A DNA stretch of 64,000 bases from Gemmatimonas sp. (GTDB lineage Bacteria > Gemmatimonadota > Gemmatimonadetes > Gemmatimonadales > Gemmatimonadaceae): assembly GCA_965279375.1 (NCBI GenBank), contig OZ257156.1, forward strand, positions 2,656,001 through 2,720,000, written 5' to 3'. The number at the start of each line of letters is the position of its first letter. The first letter of the stretch is position 1. The notes beneath the pieces are model-generated. The model saw nothing but the letters and a program-made list of their open reading frames with translations. It made no database searches and had not been told where the DNA came from. The position numbers and the translations under genes are program-made. Shown here piece after piece: positions 1 through 9,974 of this stretch.

Positions 1-1
1 G

Positions 2-877
<876 letters not shown>

Positions 878-951
878 GACGCAGGAGGAGTTGAAGGTGC
901 CCGGCGATGACGCGGTCGCGCCGCGTGTGGCGCAGGTAGAACCTATCCAAG

Positions 952-988
952 CGAGAGGCGGGGCGCCGTGGCGACGCCCCGCCTCTCG
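952..988. terminator. GC-rich stem-loop between tRNA-Arg and rho
   Basis: Perfect 14-bp stem CGAGAGGCGGGGCG/CGCCCCGCCTCTCG; no strong U tract. Confidence 0.45.
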
Positions 989-1006
989 AAGGTCAGACTG
1001 AAAAAA

Positions 1007-1080
1007 TGCGCGAGACAGGAGTCGAACCTGCGACCTACGCCTTCGGAGGGCGTCGCTCTATCCAGCTGAGCTACTCGCGC
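1007..1080 (-). tRNA. tRNA-Arg(CCG)
   Basis: Reverse complement GCGCGAGTAGCTCAGCTGGATAGAGC...CT-CCG-AA...GGTTCGACTCC...CTCGCGCA forms a cloverleaf. Confidence 0.95.
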
Positions 1081-1153
1081 GTCGACATACGCCGTGCCGC
1101 ACCACGCCGCCACAACGGTACGGGGCAGCCGCGGTGCGCTGTCACCGTCTAAC

Positions 1154-1969
1154 CTAATCCGCAGACGACTCCAGCGGCAAGGAACCGAGCGCTGCTTCGG
1201 CGAGCGCGGCGCGGAACGCTTGTTCCACTGTGACGGACACCGTCCCGCCACGCAGCACCGTGATGCCGGAGCCCAGATAGCGTCGCAAGACCATCCCCAA
1301 TCCGTGGCCCGAGGGGAAGTCGAGCTGACCCGCCACCGAGTCGAGCGAGCGTCCGCGTTCGTCCAGCAGCCCGCCTGCCACGAGCAAGCGGCACCAGGTC
1401 AGGAAGACGCGCGGACGTGGAAGGCAGTGCTCGACCATCCGGTTCCGCAGTGTTCGCCGGGTCACCCCGAAGGTGGCCGCGACTTCATCGACGCTGAGCG
1501 ATTCGTGCGCGTGTTCGAGCGCAAACCGAAAAAGTGGGCGCACCGGATGCGCGATGAGTTCGCGCAAGCGATCGTCGAGTCGTCGCGCGGTGGAACGTTG
1601 TACAGCGGAGGCCAGCACGCGGGCCAAGACATGCTGCATGTCTTCGACGTCGCGCAGGATCAGCTCCGTGACGTCCGCCTGTGCGATATCGAGCAGGAGG
1701 CGTGACGGTGGCTGCCGCAGTTCGCACCACGCCACGATGGCGTGGGTCGGGGCCGCCGCGCGCAGCTGTCGAATGGTACGAAGCGACCCTTCCGTATCCG
1801 TCGCACCGATCGCCACCACCGTTGCATCGACTTCGCCGCGGAGCACGTGCACAATCGCCGGCGAGGCCTCCCGGAATTGCTGCACCTTCCCCTGTGCGCC
1901 GACGGCGGCCCGCAGACGAGCGGACAGCACAGGTGACTCCGGGATGCACGCGACAACGAAGCCGCTCAT
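1154..1969 (-). CDS. AraC-family transcriptional regulator with N-terminal receiver-like domain
   Basis: C-terminal double HTH (LSVDEVAATFGVTRRTLRNR; SLDSVAGQLDFPSGHGL); N-terminal alpha/beta REC-like pattern. Confidence 0.85.
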   Translation of the reverse strand: MSGFVVACIPESPVLSARLRAAVGAQGKVQQFREASPAIVHVLRGEVDATVVAIGATDTEGSLRTIRQLRAAAPTHAIVAWCELRQPPSRLLLDIAQADVTELILRDVEDMQHVLARVLASAVQRSTARRLDDRLRELIAHPVRPLFRFALEHAHESLSVDEVAATFGVTRRTLRNRMVEHCLPRPRVFLTWCRLLVAGGLLDERGRSLDSVAGQLDFPSGHGLGMVLRRYLGSGITVLRGGTVSVTVEQAFRAALAEAALGSLPLESSAD

Positions 1970-2102
1970 GTGCAGTTACGCAGCATGAACGGCCTCACGC
2001 CCGAGCTCGCTTCCCGTTTGGTGCGATTCTTTCCCAAGGCGAGATGTTGGCGTGTTGGGTTCGCTTGTAGCGATGAGCACCCTCTCACTGGAGCTCGTTG
2101 CT

Positions 2103-2300
2103 ATGCCTGCTCGTCGCTTGCTGGTCGCTGCCGTTCTGTCCGCTTCCACGATCCTCGCCGCCTGCGATGGCGGACCGACCGCGATCAACTCTGCGTCCAC
2201 AATGCAAGACGGCGTCGGCGCGCGAAAGGATCAGATTCCTTGGCACCTGAAGGGCTGCGATTCTACCTCGACAGACGGGTCAAGCGGCGGATGCCCGTAA
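2103..2300 (+). CDS. Small secreted lipoprotein/peptide precursor (65 aa)
   Basis: GGAG RBS at 2089-2092; MPARRLLVAAVLSASTILAAC is a signal peptide with a LAAC lipobox; 45-aa mature part contains KDQIPWH and two further Cys. Confidence 0.65.
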   Translation: MPARRLLVAAVLSASTILAACDGGPTAINSASTMQDGVGARKDQIPWHLKGCDSTSTDGSSGGCP

Positions 2301-3483
2301 TGAGCGCCTTGTCTCCGTACTGGGTTGAGTCGTCCGTCCAGGCGGACGGTGCGGGGACAGCGGGAGGTGTCGCCTTCTGCAGCGCATCCCGAAGTTCGTC
2401 GACCTTCATGGAAAGCTCGTGGAACGGACGCGATTCGATCAGCGCCTCGGTCCGGCGGAGGCGCTGCAGGGCGTTGGCCGTGTCGTGGAGCACATTCCAC
2501 GCGTCAGCGGCCGACAGGAAAAAGCTCGCCACCTCAAACGTGGTGTTGGCACGCGACGTCTCCTCGATAGCGGACGATTCGAGCGCCTCGACACGGGGCC
2601 GGTCGCCTAGCCGCGCGGCCGCGCGAACCGCGCCGCCGTACGCCGGAAGGCGCACACGAACGACCGACGTGACGGTCAGTACATGCAGAAAGCCGTTCAG
2701 CGCCGCGTCCGGGAAGCCGGCGGTGAGTGCCGTGAGTGCAAGATTGGAAAGCAACATTGCACGCTCGTCACTCCCCTCCGGCGACAGATCGTACGCTCGC
2801 CAGCCGTGCAGCAACGCATCGGCCAAACGCGTTTCGGAGATGGCGGCGTTCATCAAACCCTGATGCGCCGATCGCTCCGTTATGCCGCCAGGATGCGCGC
2901 GCTTCAACGCGCGCCCATACAGAAGCCGCTCGTCCGGTCGGTTGCCTCGCATGCGCGCCAGAGCGCCCAAGCCGAGCAGTCCTAACGATTCGAGGGGACC
3001 GTCCCGTTTACGTGATCCTTCGCGGACCACGCTCTCGTAGCAATCGCTTGCGGTGTGAAGGTCGCCGAGCTGGCGCGCGATGCGCCCCAGATGCGCCGTC
3101 GCCACCATGCGGGTGACGACATCGGTCCCCGCCGTGAGCCGACAGACTGCCGCAACGGTCGTGAAGGCCAGCTCGAAACATCCGGCTCGCTCCATCGCCT
3201 CTGCCTCCACGCGCAAGCGCTCCGCGGTGACGGCCATCGGATCGACCGGACCATCCTGCGCGTCGTGCACCAGTGTCGGGCGTACCGACAGCGGAGGGAG
3301 CAAGTTCGTCTCGACCGACGTCAAATAGCCGGCGCGGTGAACTGCCGGCATCGACGAAAGCCGTTCCGCCGCCTGCGCGACGGCCAGCCAGTGCCCCAGC
3401 AATGGCTGCTCTTCCCGGTCAACCGACGAAACGGCCGCCGCATCACGGGAAAACGCAGCCAGGGCAGGGAGCGGATTACGCAT
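2263..3483 (-). CDS. TPR-like alpha-helical repeat protein (406 aa)
   Basis: Repeated TPR-like helix pairs: HLGRIARQLGDLHTASDCY, GLGALARMRGNRPDERLLY, NLALTALTAGFPDAALNGF, SAADAWNVLHDTANALQRL; no signal peptide seen. Confidence 0.75.
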   Translation of the reverse strand: MRNPLPALAAFSRDAAAVSSVDREEQPLLGHWLAVAQAAERLSSMPAVHRAGYLTSVETNLLPPLSVRPTLVHDAQDGPVDPMAVTAERLRVEAEAMERAGCFELAFTTVAAVCRLTAGTDVVTRMVATAHLGRIARQLGDLHTASDCYESVVREGSRKRDGPLESLGLLGLGALARMRGNRPDERLLYGRALKRAHPGGITERSAHQGLMNAAISETRLADALLHGWRAYDLSPEGSDERAMLLSNLALTALTAGFPDAALNGFLHVLTVTSVVRVRLPAYGGAVRAAARLGDRPRVEALESSAIEETSRANTTFEVASFFLSAADAWNVLHDTANALQRLRRTEALIESRPFHELSMKVDELRDALQKATPPAVPAPSAWTDDSTQYGDKALITGIRRLTRLSR

Positions 3484-3585
3484 AATTGAGCATTCCAATC
3501 AATACACTGTATTGCTCTGCATATGGCAGGGAGACTCGCGCCTTATTCATGAACGGAGACTAGCGGCCGAAAATCGGAGTGACCT

Positions 3586-3618
3586 CACGCCATGGGAAAT
3601 CACCGCACGCCATGGGAA
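3586..3618. promoter_or_regulatory. 13-bp exact direct repeat CACGCCATGGGAA x2, 20-bp period; candidate regulator site
   Basis: Copies at 3586-3598 and 3606-3618 in a divergent intergenic region. Confidence 0.5.
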
Positions 3619-3736
3619 GCGATCGAGCTGCCTGCGCGCAGCCACCTCTCCAACCCTCGGACGCTTCCGGGGGGACGCTGCCCTTGCTACTCTTCCTCAG
3701 CGCGACCTTTCCTTGACCCTTCGCCAGGCCCGCCCG

Positions 3737-3919
3737 ATGCCATTCTTCAGTCACCCAGCCAACGCCGATTGGCTGCTCCCGCTGATCAAGATCCCGCTCG
3801 CGTTCATCTCCCTGATCTTCCAGGCGGTGTTCGCAGTGGGACCGTTCGGGCAGATCGCGTTCATCGCCATCGTGATTGCGCTGTTCACGCGCAACGTCAT
3901 GGGGCCGCATCGCGCCTGA
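3737..3919 (+). CDS. Small hydrophobic membrane protein (60 aa)
   Basis: MPFFSHPANADWLLPLIKIPLAFISLIFQAVFAVGPFGQIAFIAIVIALFTRNVMGPHRA; GC3-rich codons; followed by a hairpin. Confidence 0.6.
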   Translation: MPFFSHPANADWLLPLIKIPLAFISLIFQAVFAVGPFGQIAFIAIVIALFTRNVMGPHRA

Positions 3920-3945
3920 GTCCAGTCCGTTTCTTGGGCCAAGCC

Positions 3946-3979
3946 GACGCCCCGCCGCGCCTTGTCGCGGCGGGGCGTC
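3946..3979 (+). terminator. Stem-loop, probable terminator
   Basis: Perfect 14-bp stem GACGCCCCGCCGCG/CGCGGCGGGGCGTC followed by TTGCGTT. Confidence 0.55.
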
Positions 3980-4098
3980 TTGCGTTCGAGCCCCCCGCAA
4001 GCAATCCAAGTGGTCGAGGCGGTCGTAAGAGAGCACAGCTCACCACGGTTCCTCTCCCCCTACGCTCTGCCAGATCCATGCATGCTCTCGGTAACTCC

Positions 4099-7023
4099 AT
4101 GGCCACGCTCCCGTTCGCTCACACGGCGACGCGGGTGATCTCGGCGACTCGTCGCATCGGCGTGCTTCTCGCCTGCAGCTCCGCACTGATCGCCACGGGT
4201 GGGTACGCGCAGACGCCCGGCGCGCAGAGCGCCGCGCCCGTTGTCTCGTCGCGCAGCGCGCAACAGCTCGCGCAGCTGTCCGGTGTCGTCCGAGCGCAGA
4301 CTGGACGACCGCTATCCGACGTCTCCCTTCGCGTGCTTGCTGGAGCAGCGCCGGCGACAGCGCGAAGCGATAGCGCGGGGCGATTCTCCCTCGCGATTCC
4401 ATCGGGCATGCGGCTCCGTCTGGTCGCGTCACAGGTGGGCTTCTCCGCAGAAACGCTGGACGTGCCAGCGCTGGTCGCCGGTAGCCGCCGCGACGTCGCG
4501 CTGACGCTCGCGCCACTGGCCCAGCTCGTGGTGCAACAGGTCATCGCGCAGCGCGATCGGCCGCTCCTCAATACGAGCGACGCCGCGACCGGCGGCGCCG
4601 TGGAGCGCGCAGAGTTGCGCGCCTTGCCAACCGACGCCCGCGATCCCATCGCCCTGGCCTACACGATCCCCGGTGTCGCTCAGGCCCGCGCGTTCTTTGG
4701 TGATGCGCCGCGACTGAGCATCAACGGCACGAATGCGCTCTACACCCAGTACACGCTCGATGGCCTCGAGAACAACGAAGGCTTCCTCGGCGGACCGCGC
4801 GTCGAGTTTCCACTGGCCGCGCTGCATCGCCTTGAAGTGCAAGCCAATACCTACACGGCCGCATCCGGTCGCAGCCCGAGCGGCGTGGTGAACTACGAGT
4901 CGCGGACGGGCGGCGAACGATGGAGCGGCGAGGTCTTCAGCTATCAGCGTCCAGGTTTGCCGCTCGACGCGCGACCGTCGATCGAGCCAAGCGGCGCGGC
5001 CCGAGCCGACTTCCGAAAGGCGCAGGAGGGGTTCCGCCGAGCACAGTACGGCGGCGCCTTCGGCGGACCGCTGGTGGCCAATAGGACGTATGTGTTCAGC
5101 GCGCTCGAGTACACCAACGAGAACGAGGATCGCATCAGCTCGACGGCGCGCGCCACATTCCTCGGACGCGAATTGCGCGAAACGTACAAGGGCTTCGCTC
5201 GACTGGATCACGGCTGGAACGATCGGCAAACCACGACCGCGCGCTTCGCGCTCAGCCGTCAGGCCCGCGCCGGAGAGGGCAGCGGCATCGTCGCCCCCGA
5301 AGCGGACATCACCACGATTCGTTTCGGTACGCTGTCCGCCCTAACCCACCGCAGCAGCTGGAACGCGGGGCGAGCGAGCAACAGCGCGTCGATTCAGCTC
5401 TCCACGTACAAGTGGGACTTCCCGCCGACGCGCAGCAGCTTCAGCGTTCCGCAGGTCACCATTCTCGATCGCGACAGTCTGCCGATCGGCGTCGTGGGCT
5501 CGAGCAATTTCATTTTCGACGAATCCGAACTGCAGTTCCAGTTTCGCGATGTCGTCGAGCGTCAGCTTGGTTCGCGTCACACGATGAGCGCTGGCGTGGA
5601 CGTCGCCTCATCACGCTTCAAGCTGACAGGGTCGTCCACCAACCCGTCTGGTTCGTACGAGGTCATCAACACGGGCAACATCCCGTCGAGCAACGGCCGC
5701 TATCGATACGCGGACATCCCGGCCAACGTCGTCGTGCGCAGCTACACCATCGACGCGGCGCAGAAGCAGGTCGATCTTACGCAGGCGCTGTACGGCGCTT
5801 TCATCGAGGACCGCTGGCGGCCGACGGCATCGCTCACCGTGCGCGCGGGCCTGCGCTGGGACTACGACGACCTGACGCGCCGTGGGGGCAGCACGGCCGA
5901 CTGGAAGAATGTGCAGCCGCGACTCTCGTTCAACTGGCTGCAAAACTCCGGCACCGTCGTGCGAGGCGGCGCGGGGCTCTTCGCCGGCAAGTTGCCGTAC
6001 GCCGTGTATTCGGATGCGGTGCAGTTCGGACCGAACGGCAATCAGACGGTGACCTTCCGCGGCGCGCAGGCGCCGGCTTTCGGGCAGGGTCCGCGAGCGG
6101 CCGCGCTCGACCGCAGCACGCTTCCCGCGCGAGAAGTCCGGCAGCTCTTCTCGCTCGGCATTCGGCAGCCGCTCAGCCGACAGTTTACGCTCGGCTACCA
6201 ACGGCAGTTCGGGGACCGTATCTCGTTGAGCCTTGATGGAGTATGGGTGGATACGCGTCGTTTGCCGCGGTCGTGGGACCTGAACGCACAATCGCGCACG
6301 ATCGGCCTTGCCGATACGGTCGGGCTCTCGACCAGCATCGGAGATGCATCGCGACCCCTCAAGCCGGTCGTCGGTGGATATCGTCGCCTCACCACGACAG
6401 AATCTGGTGGGCGGAGCACCTATGGAGGCCTCTACACGGCCATGCGCTATCGTGCAGCCGACCAACTGTTGATCGACGCCAACTGGACGTGGTCGCACGC
6501 CATCTCCAACACCGAAGACATCAACTTCAACGCGTCGGTCGGCAACGACTTCAATCTGGATCGGGCGGATGCCAACAATGATCGGCGGCACAAGGCCACG
6601 CTGCGCACGACGTGGACAGGCGTGCGGCATCTGATGCTGAGCGGAATCGTCGACGCACAGACGGGTACCCCGATCAATCGGGTGGCGTACTTTCGCGATC
6701 TGACGGGCGCGGGTGGTGCCTATGGCGATGGATTCATCGGCAACTATCAGCGATTTGCAGGAGTGCCGCGCAACGGCGAGCGGTTGCCCGCGGCGCTGTT
6801 CCTCAGCGCGAGCGCGGCGTACGATTTCACCGTGGGACATTCGACGCTCACCGCACGGGCCGACGTCTTCAACTTGCTGAATCGCGTGAACGCTTCCGGG
6901 TTTGCCACTGGCGTAGGTGGTGGAGGATCGGCGACGCAGGTCGGTCGCCCGGGTGACCCCGTCAGCTACACGACGGCGGGCGCGCCGCGCCAGCTCCAGC
7001 TGTCCGTGGGCGCGCGCTTTTGA
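4099..7023 (+). CDS. TonB-dependent outer-membrane receptor (Oar-like, N-terminal carboxypeptidase-regulatory-like domain)
   Basis: Signal peptide; LSGVVRAQTGRPL...SDSAGRF domain; plug (YTLDGLENNE, GRSPSGVVN); C-terminal RADVFNLLN...PRQLQLSVGARF. Start uncertain (4078 or 4099). Confidence 0.9.
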   Translation: MATLPFAHTATRVISATRRIGVLLACSSALIATGGYAQTPGAQSAAPVVSSRSAQQLAQLSGVVRAQTGRPLSDVSLRVLAGAAPATARSDSAGRFSLAIPSGMRLRLVASQVGFSAETLDVPALVAGSRRDVALTLAPLAQLVVQQVIAQRDRPLLNTSDAATGGAVERAELRALPTDARDPIALAYTIPGVAQARAFFGDAPRLSINGTNALYTQYTLDGLENNEGFLGGPRVEFPLAALHRLEVQANTYTAASGRSPSGVVNYESRTGGERWSGEVFSYQRPGLPLDARPSIEPSGAARADFRKAQEGFRRAQYGGAFGGPLVANRTYVFSALEYTNENEDRISSTARATFLGRELRETYKGFARLDHGWNDRQTTTARFALSRQARAGEGSGIVAPEADITTIRFGTLSALTHRSSWNAGRASNSASIQLSTYKWDFPPTRSSFSVPQVTILDRDSLPIGVVGSSNFIFDESELQFQFRDVVERQLGSRHTMSAGVDVASSRFKLTGSSTNPSGSYEVINTGNIPSSNGRYRYADIPANVVVRSYTIDAAQKQVDLTQALYGAFIEDRWRPTASLTVRAGLRWDYDDLTRRGGSTADWKNVQPRLSFNWLQNSGTVVRGGAGLFAGKLPYAVYSDAVQFGPNGNQTVTFRGAQAPAFGQGPRAAALDRSTLPAREVRQLFSLGIRQPLSRQFTLGYQRQFGDRISLSLDGVWVDTRRLPRSWDLNAQSRTIGLADTVGLSTSIGDASRPLKPVVGGYRRLTTTESGGRSTYGGLYTAMRYRAADQLLIDANWTWSHAISNTEDINFNASVGNDFNLDRADANNDRRHKATLRTTWTGVRHLMLSGIVDAQTGTPINRVAYFRDLTGAGGAYGDGFIGNYQRFAGVPRNGERLPAALFLSASAAYDFTVGHSTLTARADVFNLLNRVNASGFATGVGGGGSATQVGRPGDPVSYTTAGAPRQLQLSVGARF

Positions 7024-8285
7024 TGTACGCGGCGTCGCGCGCGGCGCTGAGACGGGCTGTTGTCGTCAGCACTCTAGTGTCGTCGACCCTCGGCATTGCA
7101 TGTGCGCGCCAACGTGATGCAACGCCGCGAGCAGACGCCGCGGCCACGAGTCAGCTGCCCTGGGACAGCGTGGTGGCGCAAGCGCGCGGCACGACGGTAC
7201 TCTGGCGAATGTGGCGTGGCGATCCGGCGATCAACGCATACGTAGACGGCTGGATCGCGCCGCGAGTTCGCGAGCGCTACGGAATCACGCTCCAGGCCGT
7301 AGAGGGGCAGGGCGCCGAGTTGGTGAACGCATTGGTGACCGAGCGTGAGGCCGGCAGAGGTGCGGGTAGTGCGAGCCTCGTGTGGATCAACGGCGAGACC
7401 TTTACGCAGTTGCGGCGTGAGCGGCTCCTCAGCGGACCCTGGTCTGGCCGGCTCCCCAATGCGCGCTACGTCGACAGTGCGTCCGCGATCATCTCGCGAG
7501 ACTTCGAGCGCGATCCGGCGGGTTTCGAGTCGCCGTGGGGAACGGTGCAGTTTGCGCTCATCTACGACAGTGCGCGAACGCCTAGTCCGCCGCACACCGT
7601 CGACGAACTCGCCGCGTGGATTCACGCGCATCCCGGACGCTTCACGCATGACCAATCGTTCGCTGGCGTCACGTTCCTCAAGACGCTGATGTATGCGCGT
7701 GCCGGTGGAGTGGCGCGTTTTCAGGGAGGCTTCGTCGACTCGACGTACGCCGTGGGACGCGACAGCGTCGTCGCTTGGCTGACGAGATTGCGCCCGGACT
7801 TCTGGCGTCGTGGCGAGACGTACCCGCCCGACGTGGCCGCGCTGCATCGCCTCTTCGCGAACGGTGAAGTCGACATGAGCATGTCGATGAATCAGAACGA
7901 GGTGCTGACGAAAGTGCGCCAGGGTGTACTGCCGAAATCATCGCGTGCCTTCGTGCTGCGTGACGGAACGATCGCCAACGCACACTTCGTCGGCATTCCG
8001 TTCAACGCGCCCAACGCAGCGGGAGCGCTCGTGGTCGCCGACTTCCTGCTCTCGCCGGAGGCGCAACTGGAGAAGCAGAAGGCGGAAGTGTGGGCTGATG
8101 GAACGGTACTCGACCTCGTGCGCCTGCCCTCGGAGTGGCGCGCGAAGTTCATTGCGCTCGAACAGGACGCGCATGCGATTTCCACCGACTCGCTGCGTCG
8201 ATATGCGCGACCCGAAGTCTCGGCGGAGTATCACGAGCGCTTGCAGGCTGACTGGCGTACGCTGGTGCGTCGCGGCGCGCCGTGA
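7023..8285 (+). CDS. ABC transporter substrate-binding lipoprotein, YnjB-like
   Basis: Lipobox GIAC; MWRGDPAINAYVD, LVWINGETF, ESPWGTVQF, GTIANAHFVGIPFNA, FLLSPEAQ motifs; TGATG coupling to the receptor gene. Confidence 0.85.
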   Translation: MYAASRAALRRAVVVSTLVSSTLGIACARQRDATPRADAAATSQLPWDSVVAQARGTTVLWRMWRGDPAINAYVDGWIAPRVRERYGITLQAVEGQGAELVNALVTEREAGRGAGSASLVWINGETFTQLRRERLLSGPWSGRLPNARYVDSASAIISRDFERDPAGFESPWGTVQFALIYDSARTPSPPHTVDELAAWIHAHPGRFTHDQSFAGVTFLKTLMYARAGGVARFQGGFVDSTYAVGRDSVVAWLTRLRPDFWRRGETYPPDVAALHRLFANGEVDMSMSMNQNEVLTKVRQGVLPKSSRAFVLRDGTIANAHFVGIPFNAPNAAGALVVADFLLSPEAQLEKQKAEVWADGTVLDLVRLPSEWRAKFIALEQDAHAISTDSLRRYARPEVSAEYHERLQADWRTLVRRGAP

Positions 8286-9166
8286 AGTCGTCCGACAAAG
8301 CGGGCTACGTCGCCGTCGCCATGTTGGCTGCGCCGGTGATCGTCGGTGCGCTCTATTCCGTTGCAGCATCCCTCGGCCTCGTCGGCGCGGGCGCTGATGC
8401 CGCCGGCAGTGAGCGCATCGTGCGGTCGTTGGGCGCGCCCGAGACATGGCGTAGTCTCGCATGGACGCTCTACACGGCAGGAGCGGGTACAGCGCTGGCC
8501 GTTATCGGAGCGCTGATCGTGAGTGTAGCTGTACAGCACAGTCGACTCGGTCGCGCCTTGGCCGTGGTCCCGCTCGCCGTTCCGCACGTGGCGGCATCGC
8601 TAGCGGCGCTGCTGCTATTGGGGCAGAGCGGATATCTATCGCGGATTGCGTTCGCACTGGGGTGGATCACGCAACCCTCGGAGTTTCCGGCGATCGTCTA
8701 TGACAAGGCGGGCGTCGCGCTGACACTCGCCTTCGCCTGGAAGGAGTTTCCGTTCCTGCTGATGTCGGCGCTCGCCGTTCTTGCCACGCAAGGCACCGTT
8801 CTGCGCGAAGTCGCGCAGACGCTCGGTGCCAGCCGGTGGACCACTTATCGCCGCGTGACGTGGCCGTTGCTGTGGCGCGGCATCGCCCCCGCGGTAATCG
8901 CGGTCTTCGCATTTCTCGTTGGGCAGTACGAGATGCCGAGCATGCTCGCACCGAGCGATCCGCTTGCGTTCCCGTTGTTGATTTTCGAGCGCGCCAACGA
9001 TCCGTCGCTCGTGCGGCGTGGCGAGGCGCACGTGCTCGGACTCATAGCTCTTGCGTTGGCAGGGCTGTTGGTGCTGCTGCACGAGCGCTTCCGTGCCAAC
9101 GCCGTCGACGCGGCAGCAACAGAGGGCAGAGACGAGATGGCCCGAGCGGATCGCACACATGTCTGA
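8282..9166 (+). CDS. ABC transporter permease
   Basis: Multiple TM segments; EAA-like loop EVAQTLGASRWTTYRRVTWP. Confidence 0.88.
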   Translation: MKSSDKAGYVAVAMLAAPVIVGALYSVAASLGLVGAGADAAGSERIVRSLGAPETWRSLAWTLYTAGAGTALAVIGALIVSVAVQHSRLGRALAVVPLAVPHVAASLAALLLLGQSGYLSRIAFALGWITQPSEFPAIVYDKAGVALTLAFAWKEFPFLLMSALAVLATQGTVLREVAQTLGASRWTTYRRVTWPLLWRGIAPAVIAVFAFLVGQYEMPSMLAPSDPLAFPLLIFERANDPSLVRRGEAHVLGLIALALAGLLVLLHERFRANAVDAAATEGRDEMARADRTHV

Positions 9167-9974
9167 CGCGCGAGTACGTGCGCCCGCGCCAGATGCCGCG
9201 TTTCGCGCACTGCTGTTTCCGCTGCTCGCGCTGCTGTCAATTCTTCCAATCGGAACGCTGATCGTGACCGCGTTGCGGCCAGCATCGCTCTATCCGGCGC
9301 TGTGGCTTCAGGATGGTTGGTCCATCACGGACTCGATGCAGGTGCTCGCGTCGCCAGCGGTCTGGGGTGCACTCGGCCGCAGTCTGATACTGGCCGTGCT
9401 CACCGGAGTCTTCGGCTGCGTGATCGCCTTCTTCGCGGCGCGCACGTTGGCGCGAGCGACGCGCACCGTGCAGCGCGTGGGAGCGGCGCTGGCGTTCCTG
9501 CCCGTGATTGCCCCGCCGATTGCGTTGGGCGTTGGTGTCCAGGTGTTCGCACTGCGACTGGGCGTTGGCGGATCGATGATTGGCGTGCTCCTGGCACATC
9601 TCATTCCGGCGTGCGGCTACCTCACGCTATTCCTGCTCGGCGTGCTACGTTCGTATGATGACGCGATGGAGGAAGGCGCGCAGACGCTCGGTGCCACCGC
9701 GTATCAGGTCTTCGTGCGTGTGACATTACCTTCGCTGCGTCCTCAGCTGATGGCTGCCGTGGTCCTGGGCGCACTGGTGTCGTGGGGACAGTTGGCGCTC
9801 ACGCTGCTGGTGGGCGCCGGCGTCGTGCGCACCTTGCCGGTAGAACTGCTGTCGTTTGTGAGAGCGGGCGATGATCGGTTAGGCGCGGCCGCGGCACTGT
9901 TGCTCTCGGTGCCGCCGTTGATTGCGCTCAGCGTCGTGCAGAGCGGTGTTCGTCGTACCGGAGCGGTGTCGTGA
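9159..9974 (+). CDS. ABC transporter permease
   Basis: TM segments; EEGAQTLGATAYQVFVRVTLP EAA motif. Confidence 0.88.
   Translation: MSDARVRAPAPDAAFRALLFPLLALLSILPIGTLIVTALRPASLYPALWLQDGWSITDSMQVLASPAVWGALGRSLILAVLTGVFGCVIAFFAARTLARATRTVQRVGAALAFLPVIAPPIALGVGVQVFALRLGVGGSMIGVLLAHLIPACGYLTLFLLGVLRSYDDAMEEGAQTLGATAYQVFVRVTLPSLRPQLMAAVVLGALVSWGQLALTLLVGAGVVRTLPVELLSFVRAGDDRLGAAAALLLSVPPLIALSVVQSGVRRTGAVS

Noticed and set aside
1012..1036. Similarity between the tRNA-Arg(CCG) and tRNA-Pro(CGG) 3' halves as an att-site duplication
   Set aside because: Both are complete tRNAs sharing ordinary T-arm sequence, and no integrase is present.
3592..4098. N-terminal extension of the TonB receptor ORF given in the track
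   Set aside because: It overlaps a better small ORF and a hairpin; the signal peptide begins near 4099.
3500..4098. Riboswitch (TPP or cobalamin) upstream of the TonB/ABC operon
   Set aside because: I could not find the conserved cores by eye; an Rfam scan would be needed to exclude it fully.
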